From positions 8,841 through 72,840 of the forward strand of contig WGFZ01000067.1 in NCBI GenBank assembly GCA_015491955.1: DNA of 64,000 bases. The letters are read 5' to 3'. This document shows positions 50,011 to 60,761 of the stretch, piece after piece (the first letter of the stretch is position 1; each line of letters starts with the position of its first letter). The notes below the pieces were generated by a model. The model did no database searches, was not told the origin of the DNA, and was given only the letters and a program-made list of their open reading frames with translations. Both the position numbers and the translations under genes were made by a program. The DNA comes from Nitratifractor sp. (GTDB lineage: Bacteria; Campylobacterota; Campylobacteria; Campylobacterales; Sulfurovaceae).

Positions 50011-51585
50011 TTAAAGGTCTCCATTTTTTGATAAACTTTTTTCACGGAAATAGCTAATATTTGCTTTATGTCCCATTAATAGAAGTATATCTTTCTCTTC
50101 AATAGTTACATCATCTTCAGGATTGAATATAAACTCTTTTGTTATCTCTTTTTTAATACCAATAAGAATAAGTTTATATTTTTTTAAATCTATAGAACCA
50201 ATCTCTTTTTTTATTAAATAGCTATACTCCACTACTTTAATTTCATCGATTAAAGCTACATTTTGACCAGTAAATATAGCATATATTGCTTTGTATATTG
50301 TGGGATTTAGGATTGCTGTTACCATCATTGTTCCAGCAACTTGATTAGGTAGTAATATATGTTCAGCTCCAGCTCTCTCATATTTACTTATAAGCTTAGG
50401 ACTACTTGCTCTAGCAATCACTCTAATTCTTGGATCTACACTCTTAGCATTTAGTATAATATATATATTTTCTATGTCATCATGGGACATACATAAAAGA
50501 GTTACTTTTGCTCCTTTAATATTAAAGCGTCTTAGAGTTTCGTGTCGGCTTGCATCATCAACAATAGCATCATATCCATCGTGTATCGCCTCTTGTACCT
50601 TTTGAGAATCTTTCTCTAAAATGATATATGAGTGATATAGAGGCTTTGATTGTCTAAAAAACATCTTAGTCATCTGTCCATAACCACAAACTATAAGAAA
50701 CTCCCTATTTTTATTAATCTCTTCAATAATACGCTCCTCTTTTAATTCATTCAACTTTTCAGAAAATGCTGAAACAATTACAGAAGTCCCAAAAGATATC
50801 ATAGCAATTCCAAATAGGATAATAGCCATAGCAATGACTCTTCCCATATCTGAAATAGGAGCGATATCCCCATAACCAACAGTTGTGATAGTTACTAGCG
50901 ACCAATATATCGCATCAAAGATATTTTTAATATTTGGATTACGCATATCCTCCAAAATATAGATGGCAATAGCTCCAGTTAATGTTACAAAGAATAGTAA
51001 TCCAAGTAGTGTCAATAGCTCAAAACGTTTACTAGCTAATACCTCTACAAACTGATTTATACTTCTTGTATAACGTAAAAGTTTAAGGAAACGAAAGAGT
51101 ACAAATATTCTAAATACACGTAGGGGGCGATAGGCAGGTAAAATGGCTAAAAAATCTATGATTGCTGCTGGTGTAATCATATATGAAAATTTTTTTTTCA
51201 ATCCAGCTCTAAGAGATTTCCAAATATTAAAAGGCTTTCCAATAGCTATAGATTGCTGATACTCTTTAGATATATCTGACATCAAATTACTAGAGAGCCA
51301 AAGACGAAGTAGATACTCTATAAAAAATATTAATGAAACAAAATATATATCATAATAGTCTAACCATTTAGGAATCTTATGATTTACCTCATATATCAAT
51401 ATAAAAACTGAACTTAAAATTAAAAATATAATAAAATAATCTAAAAATCGTTTATATGGATTTTTTTTATTCTCTAAAAGCTCATTTACTCTAAAGCGTA
51501 GATTATTATAAAAAGTAGATTGATTGAGTCGTAGTATCCGTTGTAAAATACTTGACTCAATACGCTCCTTTAAGGAGGACTTCAT
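50011..51585 (-). CDS. 6-TM potassium channel with C-terminal RCK domains
   Basis: S4-like [23 protein letters not shown] filter, CGYGQM RCK. Confidence 0.92.
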   Translation of the reverse strand: MKSSLKERIESSILQRILRLNQSTFYNNLRFRVNELLENKKNPYKRFLDYFIIFLILSSVFILIYEVNHKIPKWLDYYDIYFVSLIFFIEYLLRLWLSSNLMSDISKEYQQSIAIGKPFNIWKSLRAGLKKKFSYMITPAAIIDFLAILPAYRPLRVFRIFVLFRFLKLLRYTRSINQFVEVLASKRFELLTLLGLLFFVTLTGAIAIYILEDMRNPNIKNIFDAIYWSLVTITTVGYGDIAPISDMGRVIAMAIILFGIAMISFGTSVIVSAFSEKLNELKEERIIEEINKNREFLIVCGYGQMTKMFFRQSKPLYHSYIILEKDSQKVQEAIHDGYDAIVDDASRHETLRRFNIKGAKVTLLCMSHDDIENIYIILNAKSVDPRIRVIARASSPKLISKYERAGAEHILLPNQVAGTMMVTAILNPTIYKAIYAIFTGQNVALIDEIKVVEYSYLIKKEIGSIDLKKYKLILIGIKKEITKEFIFNPEDDVTIEEKDILLLMGHKANISYFREKSLSKNGDL

Positions 51586-53015
51586 TGACTAAGATGCTCT
51601 TTTAAAAGAGTATTTACTTTAGCAGGATTTGCACTCCCTTTAGATGCTTTCATCACTTGACCAACAAAAAATCCCAAAAGCTTCTCTTTTCCTGCTTTAT
51701 ACTCAGCTACTTTATCTAAATTATTTGAAACTATATCTTCAATAATTGCCAATATAGCCCCATCATCACTAACTTGTTTGAGTCCAAATCTCTCAATTAG
51801 CAAATCTATATCTTCATCTTCATTATCTATCAAGTAATCTAAAATCTGTTTAGCACCCTTACCTGAAATAGTATCATCTTCAATTCTTACTATCAATTCT
51901 CCAAGTCTTGAGGCACTTACAGGAGAGTTTTCAATTGAGTATCCAGCCTTATTTAATCGTCCAAGTAGTTCAGAAGTGAGCCACGTTACAGCATTTCTAG
52001 CAGAAGCTCCACTATCAATAACTATTTCAAAATATTTAGCAAGTTCTTTATCTGATGTAATAACAAAAGCATCATCTTGTTTTATTTTTAAAACCTCAAC
52101 ATAACGCTCTACCTTCTCATCTGGAAGCTCTGGAATCTCTTTTGCCTCCTCCATCATCTCTTGTGTAACAATTACAGGACGAAGGTCTGGGTCTGGGAAA
52201 TAGCGATAATCAGCACTCTCCTCTTTTCCACGCATTGAGCGAGTCTCACCCTTATCACTATCATAAAGACGTGTCTCTTGCCACACTTCATCTTTATAAA
52301 CGCCATCTTCCCAAGCCTCAATTTGACGCTCTACCTCACACTCGATAGCCTGTTTAACAAATCTAAACGAGTTTATATTCTTTACCTCTACTCTTGTACC
52401 AAACTCTTGGCTACCTTTTGGGCGAATAGATACATTAACATCGCAACGAAATGAACCCTCTTGCATATTTGCATCACTAATATCTAAGTATCTAACAATA
52501 GAGTGAAGCTTTTTAAGATATAAGACAGCCTCATCACTAGAGCGAAGGTCAGGTTCACTAACAATCTCTAAAAGAGGAGTATCAGCTCTATTTAAATCAA
52601 CTTTAGAAATATCTCCATCGTGAATACTCTTACCAGCATCAGCTTCTAAATGGGCTCTAGTGATTCCTATTCTTCGCTTTGATTTACCCTTTTCTTGAAT
52701 AAATAGCTCACCATTTTCTACAATAGGAACATCAAATTGAGATATTTGATAAGCTTTGGGACTATCTGGATAGAAGTAGCTTTTTCTATTAAAGATAGAG
52801 CGTTTATTTACAGTGGCATTAACAGCGTAACCAAAGCTCATAGCTTTTTTAACCGCCTCTTTATTTAGAACTGGCAATGCACCAGGGAGTCCTAAACAAG
52901 TAGGACATGTATTTCTATTTTGATGCTCTGCAAAGCTAGTAGGACAAGAGCAAAAAATCTTAGATTTTGTATTTAGTTGAACGTGAACTTCCAAACCAAT
53001 AACAGTTTCAAACAT
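51582..53015 (-). CDS. gatB: Asp/Glu-tRNA amidotransferase subunit B
   Basis: [42 protein letters not shown]. Confidence 0.97.
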   Translation of the reverse strand: MFETVIGLEVHVQLNTKSKIFCSCPTSFAEHQNRNTCPTCLGLPGALPVLNKEAVKKAMSFGYAVNATVNKRSIFNRKSYFYPDSPKAYQISQFDVPIVENGELFIQEKGKSKRRIGITRAHLEADAGKSIHDGDISKVDLNRADTPLLEIVSEPDLRSSDEAVLYLKKLHSIVRYLDISDANMQEGSFRCDVNVSIRPKGSQEFGTRVEVKNINSFRFVKQAIECEVERQIEAWEDGVYKDEVWQETRLYDSDKGETRSMRGKEESADYRYFPDPDLRPVIVTQEMMEEAKEIPELPDEKVERYVEVLKIKQDDAFVITSDKELAKYFEIVIDSGASARNAVTWLTSELLGRLNKAGYSIENSPVSASRLGELIVRIEDDTISGKGAKQILDYLIDNEDEDIDLLIERFGLKQVSDDGAILAIIEDIVSNNLDKVAEYKAGKEKLLGFFVGQVMKASKGSANPAKVNTLLKEHLSQ

Positions 53016-53137
53016 AAGGGTTAATCCTTTTAGAGACTATCTTTAAAAATTTTATTATTATATCCAATACCTATTTAAGTCAAAAACTATACTAAAATTT
53101 TCATAATATAGTTTTCATTTATGATAGAATATATCTT

Positions 53138-54079
53138 ATGAGGATAAAAATATTTTCTTTATTTATATTGCTAGTATTAGGGGTTGAAAGTTTTGCATAT
53201 AACTCTTTTACATCTCTATCACAAGTTAGCATAGATTACGATAGACAAAAGGCACTTTTAGGCAAAAGACTTTTTTTAGACCCGAAACTCTCTAAAGATG
53301 GTACAGTAGCTTGTGTAAGTTGTCATCATCTCACAAATGGAGCAGATAGTGTTGCTTACTCAATTGGAGTAGATGCTCAAAAAGGAGATGCAAATGCTCC
53401 AACTGTATTTAATAGTGCTTTAAAGTATCGATTGATGTGGAATGGACGAGTAAAGAGTCTAAAAAGACAAGTATTTTTAGCACTTTATAACCCCAAAGAG
53501 ATGGGAATGAATAGAGATAAAATCAATAATTATCTTAGAAATAATCCATTTTATAGTAAAAAATTTCAAGAGCTATATCATAAAAAAGCAAATATTGATG
53601 ATATGAGTGATGCTATTGCAGAGTTTGAAAAGGCTCTTATTACTCCCAATAGCCGTTTTGATAAATTTTTAGATGGAGAGTTAGATTTAAACCCTCAAGA
53701 AAAAGAGGGGTATAGGCTATTTAAATATCTTGGTTGTATAAATTGTCATAATGGTGTCAATCTTGGAGGAAATAGCTACCAAAAAATGGGAATATTTCAT
53801 TTAAATAATGATACTAATAATAGGACTCCTGACCTTTTTACCATTACACATAAATTTTCTGATAAGGATACATACTGGACTCCTGGTCTAAGAAATGTCG
53901 CTATTACAGCTCCATATTTTCATGATGGTAGTTCTAAAACACTAAAAGAAGCTCTAAAAAAGATGGCATACCATAATCTTAGTATAAAACTGAGCAAAAG
54001 AGAGATAGATGAACTGATAGCTTTTCTTAGAACACTAACAGGAGATATACCTAAAATTTTAAAAGAGAAAGACAAATAG
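53138..54079 (+). CDS. Di-heme cytochrome c peroxidase (CCP/MauG) family protein
   Basis: LGKRLFLDPKLS, CVSCH, NAPTVFN, WNGR, CINCHNG, LRNVAITAPYFHDG. Confidence 0.88.
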   Translation: MRIKIFSLFILLVLGVESFAYNSFTSLSQVSIDYDRQKALLGKRLFLDPKLSKDGTVACVSCHHLTNGADSVAYSIGVDAQKGDANAPTVFNSALKYRLMWNGRVKSLKRQVFLALYNPKEMGMNRDKINNYLRNNPFYSKKFQELYHKKANIDDMSDAIAEFEKALITPNSRFDKFLDGELDLNPQEKEGYRLFKYLGCINCHNGVNLGGNSYQKMGIFHLNNDTNNRTPDLFTITHKFSDKDTYWTPGLRNVAITAPYFHDGSSKTLKEALKKMAYHNLSIKLSKREIDELIAFLRTLTGDIPKILKEKDK

Positions 54080-56218
54080 ATGAAAAGATTAATCACTAAA
54101 ATATCTATTTTAATCATCTTATTGGGGGGTATAGGAATTGAGATTTTTAGAGAAAATAATACTGATTTTGAGATTTTTTTCAAAAATACTTTTGAGATTC
54201 AACATAATATTAGGATTTTACAAACAGACTTAAGTACACTAGAGGGGGAGATACTTCAAAATGCATTTTTCCCACACTACAATTACGATACTATAAATAA
54301 ATATTTAAGAGAGATAGAGACTAATATTCCAAAACTATATCCTAAATATATATTAAATCTTACAATATATACTCCATATATTAAAGCAACAAAAGAGCTA
54401 AAAAAATCATTTGATGGCTATCAAAAAGATATTCAGAGATTTATGACACTCAATGCACCTCTTAAAAATACCCTTATATATCTCTCAAGACTTCAACAAC
54501 AAGCATCTGAAATCTTTGATAAAAAAAGTGCTAAAGATAGAAAAGTCCTTCAACTTTTTTATAATATTTCAAATCTTATAGCTATTACAGAAAATATTCA
54601 AGATACTAAAATTTTTAGTACTTTAAAACAAAATGAGATTCTACTTAAAAAATTAATGAGTGGTTATAGTGGCAAAAAGAGAGAGCTTATAGAGATTTAT
54701 AGAGAGCATCTTGATATATTCTTACCATACTTTAGCCGTCATATACATATTATACGTAAAATACTTTCCCATAAGATATACAAGGATATATCTCACACTA
54801 TAAAAATTTTTCAAGAATATAATAACCATCAACTATATCAGATGAATAAAAGAGTACAAATCTCACTAATAGCCTATTTTATTATATTTGCAATTTTTAT
54901 CTTCTTTATAATAAAAAGCCAACAACAAAACCTATATCTTAGCCGTCTAAAAGATAAATTAGAAGAGGCTCTTATGAAAGATACTATAACAGGATTAAAG
55001 AGTAGATATGCTTATGAGATAGATAAATATAATATAAAAAATCCCAATCTTATTATTATTAATGTTAACCGCTTTAAATATGTAAATGAGTACTATGGTA
55101 CTAAAATAGGAGATAAAACCCTAAAGAAAATAGGCAAATATATTAAAGAGTATATTCCCTATGAGCTTGATGCTAAGATATATAGAATAGGAGGAGACGA
55201 GTTTGGAATACTATTTGAAGAGGAGAATCTTACTTTTCCAATTAGAAAATTTCTCCAAAATATCTATAATAAATTAGACCATACAACTATTGAAGTTGAG
55301 GGACTTGATATAGAGCTAGACTATACACTAGGGGCTAGTAGAGATAGGAAATGGCTCCTTGAGACAGCTGATATGGCTCTTAAAATAGCAAAAGTATCAC
55401 CTAGAACTCACTATCTGTTATACGAACCAAAATTTGATAGACGTAAAGAGATTGAGAATAATCTTAAAACTCTACATCGTATAAGAAAGGCGATTGAGAC
55501 AAAAGGTGTTGTTCCATATTTTCAACCCATATATGATACTAAGCTAGAACGTATTGTAAAATTTGAAGCATTAGCTAGAATAGAACTTGATGATGGTAAG
55601 ACTATCCTTCAACCATATAGCTTTATACACACTGCAATTGAAGCAAAATTAAACGGTGCAATTACACTACAGATACTTAGAAAAACATTAGAGACAGCAA
55701 AAGCCAATCCAGCTTATGAATTTAGCGTTAATCTTACAGCTGAAACTATTCTTAGTAGTGATGAGACAAAAGAGATTATTAAACTATTAGAGGAGTTTAA
55801 ATCTACTACAAAACAGATACTATTTGAGATATTGGAGACTGAAGAGTTTGAGAATTACAAAGAGGTTTCTAATTTTATCTCTCTCATTAAAAAATATGAT
55901 TGTAAAATTGCAATTGATGATTTTGGAAGTGGATATTCTAATTTTGAGCGTATCTTAGAGCTTGATATTGATTTTATAAAAATTGATGGAAGTCTTATTA
56001 AAAAGATAGATAGTGATAAAAATATAGAATTAGTTGTTCAAACAATTTTAAAATTCTCTCATCACGCCAATTTTAAAACTGTTGCAGAATTTGTACACTC
56101 AAAAGAGGTATTTGACAAAGTATCTAGTATGGGGTTTGACCTATTACAAGGATACTATATTGGAGAACCAGCAAAAAAACTCAAAACTGAATTTTCACAT
56201 ACCAAAGAGACGGATTGA
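54080..56218 (+). CDS. Membrane GGDEF-EAL c-di-GMP signalling protein with helical periplasmic (DAHL-like) sensor
   Basis: Two TM helices flanking a helical domain with NYD motif; RIGGDEF; FEALAR; DDFGSGYSN; KIDGS; AEFV; QGYY. Confidence 0.88.
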   Translation: MKRLITKISILIILLGGIGIEIFRENNTDFEIFFKNTFEIQHNIRILQTDLSTLEGEILQNAFFPHYNYDTINKYLREIETNIPKLYPKYILNLTIYTPYIKATKELKKSFDGYQKDIQRFMTLNAPLKNTLIYLSRLQQQASEIFDKKSAKDRKVLQLFYNISNLIAITENIQDTKIFSTLKQNEILLKKLMSGYSGKKRELIEIYREHLDIFLPYFSRHIHIIRKILSHKIYKDISHTIKIFQEYNNHQLYQMNKRVQISLIAYFIIFAIFIFFIIKSQQQNLYLSRLKDKLEEALMKDTITGLKSRYAYEIDKYNIKNPNLIIINVNRFKYVNEYYGTKIGDKTLKKIGKYIKEYIPYELDAKIYRIGGDEFGILFEEENLTFPIRKFLQNIYNKLDHTTIEVEGLDIELDYTLGASRDRKWLLETADMALKIAKVSPRTHYLLYEPKFDRRKEIENNLKTLHRIRKAIETKGVVPYFQPIYDTKLERIVKFEALARIELDDGKTILQPYSFIHTAIEAKLNGAITLQILRKTLETAKANPAYEFSVNLTAETILSSDETKEIIKLLEEFKSTTKQILFEILETEEFENYKEVSNFISLIKKYDCKIAIDDFGSGYSNFERILELDIDFIKIDGSLIKKIDSDKNIELVVQTILKFSHHANFKTVAEFVHSKEVFDKVSSMGFDLLQGYYIGEPAKKLKTEFSHTKETD

Positions 56219-56746
56219 GGCAAAACCTTTAGCACCCAATTCTAAACTCTTTACTACTTCAATATCACTTATAATTCCACCTAAAGCTAGTACAGGAATA
56301 TCTAAATTTCTCAATATATCTCTAAATTTATCTTCACCTAGAGGCTTACCCTTATTTGGAGATGTAAAAAGTGGACTTAAAGTTATCATATTAGCACCTA
56401 AATTTTGTGCTTTTAGTGCTTCTGATAGATTATGGGTACTAACAATAGTAAAAATATTTGAATCTTTTGTAATTTTAGAGAGTTCTTCTATATTATTTGA
56501 ACTAAGATGTACACCATCTGCTCCCAATTCAAGAGCTAATTGAGGTCTGTTGTGTAAAATTATCTTCTCAAAACCTATCTCTTTCGCCTCTTGCAAAAAA
56601 TATTTTACATCTATATTATAATTTGGATTACTTTTATCTCGATAGAGTATCCAATTAGCACCTTTTTTATGAATACGTTGAAGGTCAGATTTTAACCTTT
56701 TAAAAGATAGAATAGAGGGATCGGTGATAGCATAAGCAATCATCAA
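56195..56746 (-). CDS. Thiamine phosphate synthase family protein (ThiE/TenI-like)
   Basis: YAITD, LYRDK, GVHL, STHN, SPLF.S..K, ALGGI. Confidence 0.85.
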   Translation of the reverse strand: MMIAYAITDPSILSFKRLKSDLQRIHKKGANWILYRDKSNPNYNIDVKYFLQEAKEIGFEKIILHNRPQLALELGADGVHLSSNNIEELSKITKDSNIFTIVSTHNLSEALKAQNLGANMITLSPLFTSPNKGKPLGEDKFRDILRNLDIPVLALGGIISDIEVVKSLELGAKGFASIRLFGM

Positions 56747-57021
56747 TTTTGTGTATTTTCAGAAGCTTGAGCAATCTTTTTTAAAAGTTTAGTATGCTCT
56801 TTTAACTCTTGAGTCCTTTCCAGAGATGAGAGAAAAACTTCCACTACTAATACTCCAAATACTCCAGGAACACTCCAAAGAATTACACTAGATAGAGCAT
56901 AAAAAAGACCTATATGAAAATTTGAAACTAACCCCCAAGCTCCACCAAGTAGAGCAAGAGCCCAAAAAAAGCCTAAAAAGAAGTTTATAATCAAAGCTAA
57001 AAACTTAGAGTTAAGACGCAT
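56743..57021 (-). CDS. Hypothetical small membrane protein
   Basis: Two TM helices; sits between atpB and the thiE-like gene. Confidence 0.65.
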   Translation of the reverse strand: MRLNSKFLALIINFFLGFFWALALLGGAWGLVSNFHIGLFYALSSVILWSVPGVFGVLVVEVFLSSLERTQELKEHTKLLKKIAQASENTQN

Positions 57022-57036
57022 ATCTCTAGCGTCCTA

Positions 57037-57759
57037 TTATACAGTACCCAAAGTATCAACAATAGGCTCAGGAGACTTTTCAGGGTGTTCCTCTTCTATG
57101 GCAACAGCTCCAGCTAAATATACATAAGTCAAAATCATAAAGACGAAAGTCTGTAGAAGTGCTGAAAATGTAAGTAGTAAAAATCCAGGTAGAGGAACAA
57201 TCCAAGGAACTAACATCAATAGTACCCAAAGAAATAGGTCATCACCTTTAATATTTCCAAAGAGTCGGAATGAAAGAGAGATAATTCTAGATATGTGTGA
57301 AACAACTTCTATTGGAAACATCAAAGGGGCTAATGCTTTAACAGGACCTGCAAAGTGTGCAAAATAGTGAACAACACCTTGCTTTTTAATACCCTCATAG
57401 TTGTAATATACAAAAACAACAAGAGCTAAAGGAAGAGTTACATTTATATTGTTAGTAGGAGATTCAAAACCTGGAATAATACCTACAAGGTTAGATATAA
57501 GAACAAATAGACCGATTGTAGCAACTAAAGGTAGATATTTACGGGCAAGTTTCTCACCAATAACATCTTTTCCCATAGCTATAACACCACCAAGATACGC
57601 CTCTAAAATATTTTGAGCTCCATTAGGAACAGCCTTTAAATTTGCTGTAGCTTTAAATACCAACCACATAATAAATACTGTAACTAGGATTAGATGTCCT
57701 ACGACTACTCCGCTCCCCTCTCCTAATATTGAGCCAATAAAGGTAAATACGCCTTCCAT
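57037..57759 (-). CDS. atpB: F0F1 ATP synthase subunit a
   Basis: [23 protein letters not shown] (essential Arg), LQTFVF..LT.VY. Confidence 0.96.
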   Translation of the reverse strand: MEGVFTFIGSILGEGSGVVVGHLILVTVFIMWLVFKATANLKAVPNGAQNILEAYLGGVIAMGKDVIGEKLARKYLPLVATIGLFVLISNLVGIIPGFESPTNNINVTLPLALVVFVYYNYEGIKKQGVVHYFAHFAGPVKALAPLMFPIEVVSHISRIISLSFRLFGNIKGDDLFLWVLLMLVPWIVPLPGFLLLTFSALLQTFVFMILTYVYLAGAVAIEEEHPEKSPEPIVDTLGTV

Positions 57760-57827
57760 CACTTCCCTTTTGAAAATAGATTTGTTGTAATTATAGCTTG
57801 AACTAACTTATATATCACTAGTAACTC

Positions 57828-59183
57828 TTATCTAGGAATACCAGGGAATCCTCCCCCACCTTCCATCTTCTTCATAACCTCTTTCATCTGCCTCATTCCA
57901 CCTTTTCCAGATAACTTTTTTGCCATTTTAGATGCACTTTTAAACTGTTTGAATACTCGATTAACTTCAACATGACTCAAACCAGATCCAAGAGCTATAC
58001 GTCTTCTACGAGAATTATTTATAATATCTGGATTTTCTCTCTCTTTGGGTGTCATAGAACTAATCATAGCTTTAATATGCACAAGCTCTTTTGAGTTTTC
58101 TAAGTCAATATCTCCTAGTTGTTTACTCAAGTTACCCATTCCGGGAATCATTCCAAGTAGAGATTTCATAGAACCTAACTTTTTCATCTGCTCCATCTGC
58201 TCTAAGAAGTCATTAAAGTTAAAAGTCCCCTTCTTAATCTTTTGACCAACTCTTTTTGCACTCTTCTCATCAATTACACCAGCTGTTCTTTCTGCTAAAC
58301 CTTCAATATCACCCTCACCCATTAATCGCCCTGTAATTCGTTCAGGGATAAATGGCTCAAGATCTGGCATCTTCTCACCACTACCTATAAAGCGTAGTGG
58401 GACAGCTATTTGATGAGCAATACCAAGTGCCACTCCACCTTTACTATCTGCATCAAATTTGCTTAGAATAACTCCCGTAATACCAATTTTCTCATTAAAT
58501 GTCTGTGCTGTACGTACAGCGTCCATTCCTGTCATTGCATCTGCGACATAGAAAATTTCATCTGGAGTAGCTAAATCTCTTATTCTCTTTAACTCACTCA
58601 TCAATTCATCATCAATTGCCAAACGTCCAGCAGTATCAATTAGAACAACATCATATAGCTCATCTTGAGCCTTCTTTAATCCACGCTTTACCACATCATC
58701 AGGAGTAGCACTCTCATCAGCTACTAAATCTACTCCTATTTGCTCAGTAATTTGACGTAACTGCTCAACTGCCCCTAGACGCTGAAGGTCTGCGGCTACA
58801 ATTAAAACTTTTTTCTTCTTCTGCTCTTTGAGCATAGTGGCGAGTTTTCCTGTAGTAGTTGTCTTACCAGAACCTTGAAGACCACTCATCAAGACTACCG
58901 TTGGAGGACGGGAAGCAAAAACAAACCCCTGTTTACCAGGAGCTGTAAGTATGCGTACTAACTCATTTTGTAAAGATAGCATAAAGTTATCTTTACCAAT
59001 TCCAGCACTCTTAGTATCTTTCTCTACCGTAGAGATAAGTTCCTTAACTACTTTATGGTGAACGTCAGATTTAAGTAGAGATTTTTTTAACTCTGTTAGA
59101 GCTTTCTTTAGTGCCTTTTCATCATCGTGAAAACGAACCTTTCCAATTGCATTTTTAAAGCTATCTGTTAAAGTATTAAACAT
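57828..59183 (-). CDS. ffh: Signal recognition particle protein Ffh
   Basis: GLQGSGKTT, DTAGR, SKFD, GEK, Met-rich M domain. Confidence 0.97.
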   Translation of the reverse strand: MFNTLTDSFKNAIGKVRFHDDEKALKKALTELKKSLLKSDVHHKVVKELISTVEKDTKSAGIGKDNFMLSLQNELVRILTAPGKQGFVFASRPPTVVLMSGLQGSGKTTTTGKLATMLKEQKKKKVLIVAADLQRLGAVEQLRQITEQIGVDLVADESATPDDVVKRGLKKAQDELYDVVLIDTAGRLAIDDELMSELKRIRDLATPDEIFYVADAMTGMDAVRTAQTFNEKIGITGVILSKFDADSKGGVALGIAHQIAVPLRFIGSGEKMPDLEPFIPERITGRLMGEGDIEGLAERTAGVIDEKSAKRVGQKIKKGTFNFNDFLEQMEQMKKLGSMKSLLGMIPGMGNLSKQLGDIDLENSKELVHIKAMISSMTPKERENPDIINNSRRRRIALGSGLSHVEVNRVFKQFKSASKMAKKLSGKGGMRQMKEVMKKMEGGGGFPGIPR

Positions 59184-59263
59184 TTAAAAGCCCTTTCAAG
59201 GAGGGAAATTTTAGGAATTTTATCCAATTTTTTTAGAATATAGAGTTAATAGTAAAAATTACA

Positions 59264-59995
59264 CTATTTATAGCGTAAAATATCCTTTGGCTCTTTTGCC
59301 TCATAAGTTCGTCCTAAGATAGTAATTTTTTTAGCGTGAAGTAATGGACGCTTTGCTTTTGTTGGACTCCCATAGAGTTCATCACCAACAATAGGATATC
59401 CTAAATGGGAGAGATGTACTCTTATTTGGTGTGTTCTACCTGTCTCAATTTCAATACGTACCTTTGACTTTTTACCCTGTATCTCATCTGGATAGACTCT
59501 TGTAAGTGCTTCTCTTCCAAGCTTTTTATCAATACGTGAGAATGCTCTACCCTTTTTTATAGTATGGATAGGTAAATCTATCTCTAAAGGCTCTACTACA
59601 ACCCCTTCTACCCAAGCTATATACTCTTTATATACTCTTCTTTGTCTAAAAGCATCAATAGCTTTTTTAGTAAAATTATCATCTCTTGATAATAGGAGTA
59701 CACCACTTGTCTCACGATCTAATCTATGTAGTAATTTAGCCCCTTCTATAGCCTCCTCTATCTCATAACTATCTATAAAAGCTGGTTTATCTACTACAAT
59801 AACCTTATCATCTTGATATATAATTTTTATATCTGCTGGTTCTTCTATACGAAACTTTGTCTCTTTATCCATTGTGGCTCTAGCAATCTTTATCTTTTTA
59901 TCGACAACATAGACTAAACCTCTATCAATAAGCTCTTTTGCTCTTTTATTTGAAATATTCTCTTGTATAGCTAAGAGTTTATATGCCTTTTCCAC
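59264..59995 (-). CDS. RluA/RluC family pseudouridine synthase with S4-like N-terminus
   Basis: HRLDRETSG, TGRTHQIRVH, PIVGD.LYG, LHA. Confidence 0.92.
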   Translation of the reverse strand: MEKAYKLLAIQENISNKRAKELIDRGLVYVVDKKIKIARATMDKETKFRIEEPADIKIIYQDDKVIVVDKPAFIDSYEIEEAIEGAKLLHRLDRETSGVLLLSRDDNFTKKAIDAFRQRRVYKEYIAWVEGVVVEPLEIDLPIHTIKKGRAFSRIDKKLGREALTRVYPDEIQGKKSKVRIEIETGRTHQIRVHLSHLGYPIVGDELYGSPTKAKRPLLHAKKITILGRTYEAKEPKDILRYK

Positions 59996-60649
59996 TCAAT
60001 CTCCTTTTATTAATCTATGCTCTTTGAGATAATAGACTCTATCACACCTCTTAGCAATATCTATATCATGCGTTACAATAAGCAATCCAGCTCTATTTTT
60101 TGCTACGTAATCTAGTAGTACTTCCATAACCAATTTTGAACTCTCAACATCTAAATTTCCTGTTGGTTCATCAGCAAATATCAATTTAGGACGCTTACTT
60201 AAAACTCTAGCTAGTGATACTCTTTGTTGCTGACCACCTGAGAGTTTACTAACTTTTTGGTCTATTACCTTCTCAATTTGTAAAAATTTAAAGATAGATT
60301 CATCAATATTTTGTTTTGCTAACATTGAAGCAATCTCAACATTTCCTCGTCCACTCATACCTTTAAATAGATAGTGCTGTTGAAATACGATTCCTGTCTT
60401 TTCTCTTCTTAAAAGCTCTTTTTGAGATTCACTTATGTTATACAAATCGTACCCCAACATCTCTACACTACCCTCTAATGGCTCAATAAGTCCAGCTAGA
60501 GTATGAAGAAGTGTAGATTTACCACTTCCACTACGTCCCATAACAGCTATACTTTGTGAAGTATTAATAGAGAGAGAGACATTTTTATATAGAAGATAAT
60601 CAAATTTATGTGATAAATTTTTAGCAATAAGAAGAGCTTTGGACATCAA
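59996..60649 (-). CDS. ABC transporter ATP-binding protein (LolD-like)
   Basis: GRSGSGKS, LSGGQQQR, ADEPTGNLD, VTHD. Confidence 0.9.
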   Translation of the reverse strand: MMSKALLIAKNLSHKFDYLLYKNVSLSINTSQSIAVMGRSGSGKSTLLHTLAGLIEPLEGSVEMLGYDLYNISESQKELLRREKTGIVFQQHYLFKGMSGRGNVEIASMLAKQNIDESIFKFLQIEKVIDQKVSKLSGGQQQRVSLARVLSKRPKLIFADEPTGNLDVESSKLVMEVLLDYVAKNRAGLLIVTHDIDIAKRCDRVYYLKEHRLIKGD

Positions 60650-60721
60650 TTTCCTTCTCTGACAAGTTAGAAGATTATAGCTAAAATTTATTTGGGAAGT
60701 GTATATTAGATAGAGAGATAT

Positions 60722-60740
60722 AAGAGGTCAAAGACCTCTT
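60722..60740 (-). terminator. Probable terminator of rpsB-tsf
   Basis: AAGAGGTC-aaa-GACCTCTT perfect 8-bp stem about 20 nt after the tsf stop. Confidence 0.65.
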
Positions 60741-60761
60741 GATATTAAAAGATATTTACTA

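Noticed and set aside
56082-56543. 153-aa + strand ORF
   Set aside because: Lies antisense to the thiE-like gene and out of frame in the EAL gene; no motifs; shadow ORF
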